A stretch of DNA of 64,000 nt, taken from positions 288,001 through 352,000 of the forward strand of contig JAXGMI010000002.1 of the NCBI GenBank assembly GCA_040768745.1. Direction: 5' to 3'. The first letter of the stretch is position 1. Every line of letters starts with the position of its first letter. This document shows positions 58,334 to 64,000 of the stretch, piece by piece. The notes beneath the pieces are model-generated. The model saw nothing but the letters and a program-made list of their open reading frames with translations. It was not told the DNA's origin and ran no database searches. A program made the position numbers and the translations under genes. This stretch comes from Desulfomicrobium sp. (GTDB lineage Bacteria > Desulfobacterota > Desulfovibrionia > Desulfovibrionales > Desulfomicrobiaceae).

Positions 58334-59302
58334 ATGCTCCATCCACTGATCGACAGTCTGACCCGTATTGTCCTCCACGGCGGGCAATTGACCGAAGCCC
58401 AGGCCCTTGAACTGGCATCGTTGGACTCCGAACATACCGTCCAGCTCCTTTTTGCGGCCAATGCCATCGCCAAAGCCTTTGGGCACAAGGCGTTCACCTG
58501 CTCCATCATCAACGCTAAGTCCGGCAGGTGTTCGGAAGACTGCTCCTTTTGCGCGCAAAGCGGCCGGTATGCCACGAATAGCCCGGTCCATCCCCTGCTC
58601 CCGCTGGACCAACTCATCGACCAGGGGTTGGCTATGGGCCGGGCCGGAACCTTCTGTTATTCCCTGGTGACCAGCGGGCTCATGCTTTCAAGCGATGAGA
58701 TCGATCGCATCTGCCAATGCGTGAGCTACCTGCGACAACACACTAACCTCAGCCTGAGTGCATCCCTCGGGCTGCTTACTCCGGACTACGCAAAGCGTCT
58801 GGCACAGGCCGGATTGACCCGCTACCATCACAACCTGGAGACGGCCCGCTCCCATTTTCCGCGCATCTGCACCACCCACGCCTATGAAAAGGACGTGGAG
58901 ACCCTTCAGGTCGCGCGGGAACATGGGCTTTTCCTCTGCTGTGGCGGAATTCTCGGATTGGGTGAATCCTTTGAGCAGCGCGTCGAGTTCGCGTTCACCC
59001 TGGCCGGTCTGGGTGTTGACACGGTTCCCCTCAATTTCCTCAATCCCATCCCTGGCACGCCCCTGGAAAACATGCCGCTCCTGAGTCCTCACGATGCGCT
59101 CAAATCTGTGGCCCTGTTCCGGGTCCTGCTTCCGCGCGCCAGGATCACCATCGCCGGAGGCCGGGAACGGGTTCTGGGCGATTACCAGTCCTGGCTTGCC
59201 CTGGCCGGCGCCAACGGGCTCATGATCGGCAACTATCTGACCACCAGAGGTCGCAGTCTTGATTCTGACCTGCGCATGCTGGAGCAGGGACAATGGATCT
59301 GA
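58334..59302 (+). CDS. bioB: Biotin synthase
   Basis: INAKSGRCSEDCSFCAQS radical-SAM motif, YHHNLET, VPLNFLNPIPGTP, GNYLTT. Confidence 0.96.
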   Translation: MLHPLIDSLTRIVLHGGQLTEAQALELASLDSEHTVQLLFAANAIAKAFGHKAFTCSIINAKSGRCSEDCSFCAQSGRYATNSPVHPLLPLDQLIDQGLAMGRAGTFCYSLVTSGLMLSSDEIDRICQCVSYLRQHTNLSLSASLGLLTPDYAKRLAQAGLTRYHHNLETARSHFPRICTTHAYEKDVETLQVAREHGLFLCCGGILGLGESFEQRVEFAFTLAGLGVDTVPLNFLNPIPGTPLENMPLLSPHDALKSVALFRVLLPRARITIAGGRERVLGDYQSWLALAGANGLMIGNYLTTRGRSLDSDLRMLEQGQWI

Positions 59303-59607
59303 ATGAGAAGGAACGCAGCGCAGACAGGATCGTCCTGGCGGTGACACTTGAACCGGAGGACGCCTTTTTCCGTGAACACTTTCCGGGGAATCCTGTTGCC
59401 CCGGGCTCTTTCATCATAGCCCTGTGCCTGCGGGTCATCGGCGACACCCTCGCCCACGGGAAGCCCATGCGGGTCAAACGATTCGGCTTTTCCCGCTTCG
59501 CTCCGCCCGGCACCTATACGCTGTGCCTGGAGCGTGACATGGGCAGCTATGACTGCACCTTGCGCCAGGGTCAGGATGTCGTTGCCCAAGGCAGGATCGA
59601 GGCATGA
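59293..59607 (+). CDS. Short FabZ/ApeI-like hotdog dehydratase subunit
   Basis: FFREHFPGNPVAPG motif; 104 aa; overlaps bioB stop. Confidence 0.8.
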   Translation: MDLNEKERSADRIVLAVTLEPEDAFFREHFPGNPVAPGSFIIALCLRVIGDTLAHGKPMRVKRFGFSRFAPPGTYTLCLERDMGSYDCTLRQGQDVVAQGRIEA

Positions 59608-60338
59608 ACCTGCGCTTTACAGGGAACAAGGCGTTGATTCTGGGGGGGAGCAGCGCCATGGGGCTGGCCCTGGCCGAGCTGCTCCTGGCCGAGGGTTTGA
59701 CGGTCACTCTGACGCACTCTTCCCCAAAGGGCTTGGCGGCCATCGCGCAGCGATGTCCCGATCTGGCCCAGGCCAGTCCGTCCCTGGACTTGGCTGACCT
59801 CACGAGCCTGGACAGGTTGGAACCCTGCCTGAACTGTGGGGTGGACTACCTCGTGGACTTGGCCCAGGCCGACCATGAAGGCCTGCTGGCCGCGGCCAGC
59901 GAAGAGGGCGTTCGGACTTATTTCGAATCCCATGTCACCAATCGTCTGCTCCTGCTCAAGGCAGTGACGCGAGGCATGCTGTACAGAGGCTTTGGCCGTC
60001 TCCTGCATGTCAGCTCAGCCGCTGCCGCCCTGCCTGCTCCGGGACAAGGATTCTACGCCGCTGCCAAACGGGCCGCCGAGTCCTGCTACCTGGGTCTGGG
60101 GCTTGAACTCGGTGAACGCGGCATAACCAGCCTCAGCCTGCGCCTGGGGGTGGTCGATGCCGGAAGGGGCGGGCGTTTCCTGGACAGGCAGGGCCTTCGG
60201 AAGGCGCTGGCTGGAAAAACCTTGACTGTGGAGCAGGTTGCCTCCACCCTCCTTTTTTTACTTTCTGACCAGTCCTTGGCCTTTACGTGCACGACCCTGA
60301 CCATGGACGCCGGATTGACGGCACGCAAATACGTATGA
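59604..60338 (+). CDS. FabG-like SDR ketoreductase
   Basis: ILGGSSAMG, FGRLLHVSS, GQGFYAAAK (YxxxK). Confidence 0.85.
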   Translation: MNLRFTGNKALILGGSSAMGLALAELLLAEGLTVTLTHSSPKGLAAIAQRCPDLAQASPSLDLADLTSLDRLEPCLNCGVDYLVDLAQADHEGLLAAASEEGVRTYFESHVTNRLLLLKAVTRGMLYRGFGRLLHVSSAAAALPAPGQGFYAAAKRAAESCYLGLGLELGERGITSLSLRLGVVDAGRGGRFLDRQGLRKALAGKTLTVEQVASTLLFLLSDQSLAFTCTTLTMDAGLTARKYV

Positions 60339-60712
60339 ACATGTTTCTCGCCATCCGCTCCATCCTGGGGGAGATTCTGGACCTGGATCCCGAAAAGATC
60401 CTGGAGCAGACCTATCTGATCCGGGAACTCAACGCGGAGTCCATCGACCTGCTTGAAATCGGGGTGGCCATCCAGCACCGCCTTGACATTCCGGTGCATG
60501 ACGACCTCCTCTTCCTGAAAAACCTGCGTACCCTCCTGCTCAGGGCCGAGCTGTCCAAATGCCCGCCAATCGGAGTTCTTGCCAGGGAATATCCCCACCT
60601 TTCCCAGGAGCGGCTGGCACAGATTCTGATTGATCTGCCGCAGGGTCCGGTCCTGCGGGTTTCTGACCTTGTCGCCTATGTGTGCTGGACCCGCAAGGAC
60701 CAGGGAGACTAG
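60335..60712 (+). CDS. Atypical extended acyl carrier protein
   Basis: ELNAESIDLLEI phosphopantetheine-site-like motif (Ser codon 60440), C-terminal RVSDLVAYV helix; 125 aa. Confidence 0.8.
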   Translation: MNMFLAIRSILGEILDLDPEKILEQTYLIRELNAESIDLLEIGVAIQHRLDIPVHDDLLFLKNLRTLLLRAELSKCPPIGVLAREYPHLSQERLAQILIDLPQGPVLRVSDLVAYVCWTRKDQGD

Positions 60713-60715
60713 ATC

Positions 60716-61876
60716 GTGCTGCGCCGGGTGGTGATCACGGCCAGCGGATTCGTGCTTCCGCTGGGGTACGAGCTTTCCGAAGTGCGCACAGGGCTGCAGC
60801 AAGCGCATGGACCTTTTGTCGTCTCCGTCCATGACCCCGAGGTGGCGGTCTGCCCGGCGCCGGATTTTGATCTCAGGAAGCATGCCGGCCGCTGCAAGGA
60901 GGCACGTTACCTGTCCCGGGGACAGCAGCTCTGTCTGGCGTCGGCCATCCGCGCCGTGGAGGGGGCTGGCCTGGACCAGGACGATCTGCGCCGGGCCGGG
61001 CTTTTTCTTGGCCTCGGCCCCAACCTGGAGGCTTCTCCCAGGACGGACAAGGCCTTGTGGTTGCTCGACTATCTGCCCAATACAGCTACCGCTTGTCTGG
61101 CCCGCATCCTCGGCGTGCACGGGGAGAACCTGACCATCCAGACGGCCTGCGCCGCCTCAACTCAAGCCCTGGGGCAGGCCTTCCACGCTGTGCGGCATGG
61201 CCTTGTGGATGTGGCCATTGCTGGCGGAGGCGATTCCCGCCTGTCTCCTGAAGGCATACATGCGTACAAAGGAGCAGGAGTGCTGGCCACGGTCTCTGGT
61301 CACCCGGGGAAGGCCTGCAGGCCCTTTGACCAGAAGCGCTCTGGCTTTGCCATCGGGGAAGGAGGGGCGGTGTTCGTCCTGGAGGGTCTGCAACATGCCC
61401 AGGCCCGCAAAGCCAGCATTCTGGCTGAAATCACCGCCGCGTCCTCGTCCCTGGATGGATACAGCCTGACCGGCCCGGATCCAGAGGGAACTGCCGGGCG
61501 GACAGCTGTGGCCCGGTGTTTGCCGCAGCCCTGCCCATCCGGTTTGTGCGTCATTGCCCACGGCACGGGCACCATGCTGAACGACGCGGTGGAAAGCGAC
61601 ATCATCAAATCCTCAGCCGCTGACGCCACGGCCATCGCGGCCTTCAAATCCCGGATCGGTCATCTCGCCTCAGCCTGTGGAGGTGCGGAACTGGCTTTGG
61701 CCCTGGTCTGCGCCCATGATGGGGTCTTCCCGGCCATCGCCAATCTGGAAAACCCATGCCGCAGTGATCTCCCCTTTTTGACGCGATCGGCAGTCCTTCA
61801 GCCGCACATGCTGCTCGTGCAGAGTTTCGGCTTCGGAGGACAGAATGCCTGTCTGGCGGTGCAGCCATGGTATTGA
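60716..61876 (+). CDS. FabF-like beta-ketoacyl-ACP synthase
   Basis: RRVVIT, TACAAS, CRPFD, GEG, AHGTGT, KSRIGH, SFGFGGQN. Confidence 0.92.
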   Translation: MLRRVVITASGFVLPLGYELSEVRTGLQQAHGPFVVSVHDPEVAVCPAPDFDLRKHAGRCKEARYLSRGQQLCLASAIRAVEGAGLDQDDLRRAGLFLGLGPNLEASPRTDKALWLLDYLPNTATACLARILGVHGENLTIQTACAASTQALGQAFHAVRHGLVDVAIAGGGDSRLSPEGIHAYKGAGVLATVSGHPGKACRPFDQKRSGFAIGEGGAVFVLEGLQHAQARKASILAEITAASSSLDGYSLTGPDPEGTAGRTAVARCLPQPCPSGLCVIAHGTGTMLNDAVESDIIKSSAADATAIAAFKSRIGHLASACGGAELALALVCAHDGVFPAIANLENPCRSDLPFLTRSAVLQPHMLLVQSFGFGGQNACLAVQPWY

Positions 61877-62289
61877 AATGGGTTGATGACTTCGATCCCA
61901 GCCAAGCCCTGTGGCGCATCGACTCCTGTTCCGACACGGAACTCTCGGCCCGCACCCGCCCGGGCCTGCATCCCTTTCTTTTCCTGGAGGCCATGGCCCA
62001 GACCTGTGGCATGCATCTGCGCTATCGCCACGATTTTCTCATCCAGGTCTATCTTGTGTCCGTGTCCGACCTTGTCTATTCACCAGAAGGCGTTGATGAG
62101 GAAAAGCTGATCCGGGCCATGCTCAGGACGGAAACAGGCGCCGCAGCACTGTACAGCGTCCAAACCCCGGGCGGCCCAATCTGCCGCATGCTCATGGGAT
62201 TTGGGCAACTGCCTCAGGGCGATGAAAACCACCACATCTTGCGTGAGCGATTCCTATGCCTGACCGGCACCACATCCTGGATCGGCTGA
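61867..62289 (+). CDS. FabZ/ApeP-like hotdog protein
   Basis: WVD near N-terminus and LEAMAQTCG helix motif. Confidence 0.7.
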   Translation: MVLKWVDDFDPSQALWRIDSCSDTELSARTRPGLHPFLFLEAMAQTCGMHLRYRHDFLIQVYLVSVSDLVYSPEGVDEEKLIRAMLRTETGAAALYSVQTPGGPICRMLMGFGQLPQGDENHHILRERFLCLTGTTSWIG

Positions 62290-63413
62290 AAGCTGTCCTG
62301 CAGACCCATTACGCGGCCGGTCTGGGACGCGCCCTCCTGCCGATCGACAGCCGTGAAGGCCAGAACGTGCGCATGCTGGGCGAGGAATGCCTGGATTTCT
62401 CGTCCAACGACTTTCTCGGCCTGGCCCAGGACAGGCAGGCCGCCCGGGAACTGGCCAAGCTCTCCCAAACCTCTGGCTGCGGGTCGGGATCTTCCCGCTC
62501 GGTGACCGGCACACGCCGATCCACGCTGGACGCCGAGAACGCCTTGGCAGCGTATTTCGGCTACGAATCATGCCTGATCCTGGGCAGCGGCTTTTTGGCC
62601 AATCTGACCCTCATCTCCACCCTTTTCGGAGACAATGACACCCTGATTCTGGACAAGCGGGCCCACACAAGCACTGTGGCCGGCGTCCTGCACTGCCGGG
62701 CCAGATTCCACACGTTCCAGCACAACTCCTTGGATCACCTGGAAAAGGTGCTGCATGCCCACCCGGCCGAGGCCGTGCTGACCGAGTCCCTGTTCAGCAT
62801 GGATGCAGACAGCCCCGACTTTTTTTGCATGGAAAAACTCAAGCAAAAGTTTAATTTTCTATGCATCGTCGATGAAGCACATGCCTTGGGGGTGCTGGGG
62901 GAAGGAGGGCGCGGGCTGGCGCATAACGTGGCCGACATGACCGTGGGCACCCTGGGCAAGGCCTTCGGGCTGTTTGGTGCTTTTCTGCTCATTCCCGAGA
63001 TCGTGCGGGAATATCTGATCAATTTCGGCCAAGGGTTCATCTACACCACAGCCCTCCCACCCTGGCACGGGGACATGGTCCTGGCCATGCTGCAGAGGAT
63101 CAGCCAGGCAGACGATCGCAGGGACCATCTGCGCCGTCTGGCATCCACCGCCAGAACCCTTTTGAGGGATGCTGGTTTGGCCGTGCGGGGCCAGGCCCAT
63201 ATTCTGGCGATTGAGGTCGGCGATGCTGCACGTTGCCAGCTCCTGGCTCAGGCCCTGCGCCGGTGCGGCATCCTGGTTTTCGCTGCCCGCTATCCGACCG
63301 TTCCGTTGGGGCGGGCCATGCTCCGTATCTGCCTGACCAGTAGGCACACGGAAAACGACATCCGCAGCCTGCGCGACGCCCTGATAAACGTCCAGGATGC
63401 GATGAGACCATGA
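62256..63413 (+). CDS. bioF: 8-amino-7-oxononanoate synthase
   Basis: FSSNDFLGL, SGFLAN, ESLFSMD, VDEAH, GTLGKAFG, PTVP. Confidence 0.94.
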   Translation: MPDRHHILDRLKAVLQTHYAAGLGRALLPIDSREGQNVRMLGEECLDFSSNDFLGLAQDRQAARELAKLSQTSGCGSGSSRSVTGTRRSTLDAENALAAYFGYESCLILGSGFLANLTLISTLFGDNDTLILDKRAHTSTVAGVLHCRARFHTFQHNSLDHLEKVLHAHPAEAVLTESLFSMDADSPDFFCMEKLKQKFNFLCIVDEAHALGVLGEGGRGLAHNVADMTVGTLGKAFGLFGAFLLIPEIVREYLINFGQGFIYTTALPPWHGDMVLAMLQRISQADDRRDHLRRLASTARTLLRDAGLAVRGQAHILAIEVGDAARCQLLAQALRRCGILVFAARYPTVPLGRAMLRICLTSRHTENDIRSLRDALINVQDAMRP

Positions 63414-64000
63414 TGAAATCCAAAATACTTTTCGTCACCGGCACGGACACGGCCGTGGGCAAGACCATGGTCAGCCTGCTGGTCATGCGCGCCCTGGCCG
63501 GACACGACGCCGTCTACCTCAAACCTGTGCAGACCGGCTGCATGGACCCGAACAGCGATTCGGACCCCGCCTTCCTGCACCGCCACCTGCCGCACGGCCT
63601 GCCGCATGGTATGACCCCGGCCGATTGCATCCACCTTTGCCGCATCCAGCCCAAGGCCCCGCTCTTCGCGGGAGAATCTGCAGATCGGCAAGCCCTCATC
63701 TCCTTCGTGGCTGCACATGCCGCTCTCCACCAGACCGTCGTGGTCGAAGGCGCTGGAGGGATCCTGGTGCCCATCACCCGGCAGTGGGCCATGCTCGACC
63801 TGGCCAGGGATATCGAGGCCCAGATTCTGGTCGTGGCCCGAGCCGGTCTTGGTACAATCAATCATACCCTCCTTACCCTCGGGGCCATCAAGGCACGGTC
63901 CTGCCCCTGCCTGGGCGTCATCTTCGTCGATCCCACCGACGCTGTCCCCGAACTGGATCGCGCCGAAAACGCCCAGGCCATCACCCTTGCTTCGGACATC
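63410..64000 (+). CDS. bioD: Dethiobiotin synthase (truncated by window edge)
   Basis: Manual translation MMKSKILFVTGTDTAVGKT...KPVQTG...VEGAGG...GLGTINHT; ATGA overlap with bioF. Confidence 0.95.
   Translation, partial: MMKSKILFVTGTDTAVGKTMVSLLVMRALAGHDAVYLKPVQTGCMDPNSDSDPAFLHRHLPHGLPHGMTPADCIHLCRIQPKAPLFAGESADRQALISFVAAHAALHQTVVVEGAGGILVPITRQWAMLDLARDIEAQILVVARAGLGTINHTLLTLGAIKARSCPCLGVIFVDPTDAVPELDRAENAQAITLASDI

Noticed and set aside
1..64000. CRISPR arrays, tRNA or rRNA genes
   Set aside because: No regularly spaced repeats, cloverleaf/T-loop signatures or rRNA-like sequence found by eye in the intergenic gaps

Overview
A mostly housekeeping, gene-dense window from a sulfate-reducing deltaproteobacterium. 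Gene content and order suggest Desulfovibrionales, possibly Desulfomicrobium-like; this is an inference. It contains about 60 CDS: a sigma-54 activator/two-kinase signalling block, proA-nadD, lysA-mutS-lapB/lapA, a polar amino-acid ABC transporter, a DHH/CBS tRNA nucleotidyltransferase, xerD, folK, transaldolase, topB, an AhpF-like thioredoxin reductase fusion, asd, metF, pilC/pilT/pilU, mutT/mutY, bamD-trxA-tsaD-fbp, pgsA, mrp, pcm and mgtE. Three things stand out. (1) At the right end, a biotin operon (bioB ... bioF, bioD) carries its own miniature type II fatty-acid-synthase module: a ketosynthase, a ketoreductase, an oversized ACP and two hotdog proteins that each appear to keep only half of the dehydratase active site. 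It is a candidate dedicated pimeloyl-ACP pathway. (2) A complete IS1182-family element is inserted in a bidirectional terminator, with an 18-bp target duplication and its own subterminal hairpins. (3) A relic missed by the ORF track at 203-526 joins an IS3-like transposase N-terminus, in frame and across one amber codon, to a PEP-CTERM sorting tail. No rRNA, tRNA or CRISPR array was seen. All assignments come from motif recognition by eye, not database searches.
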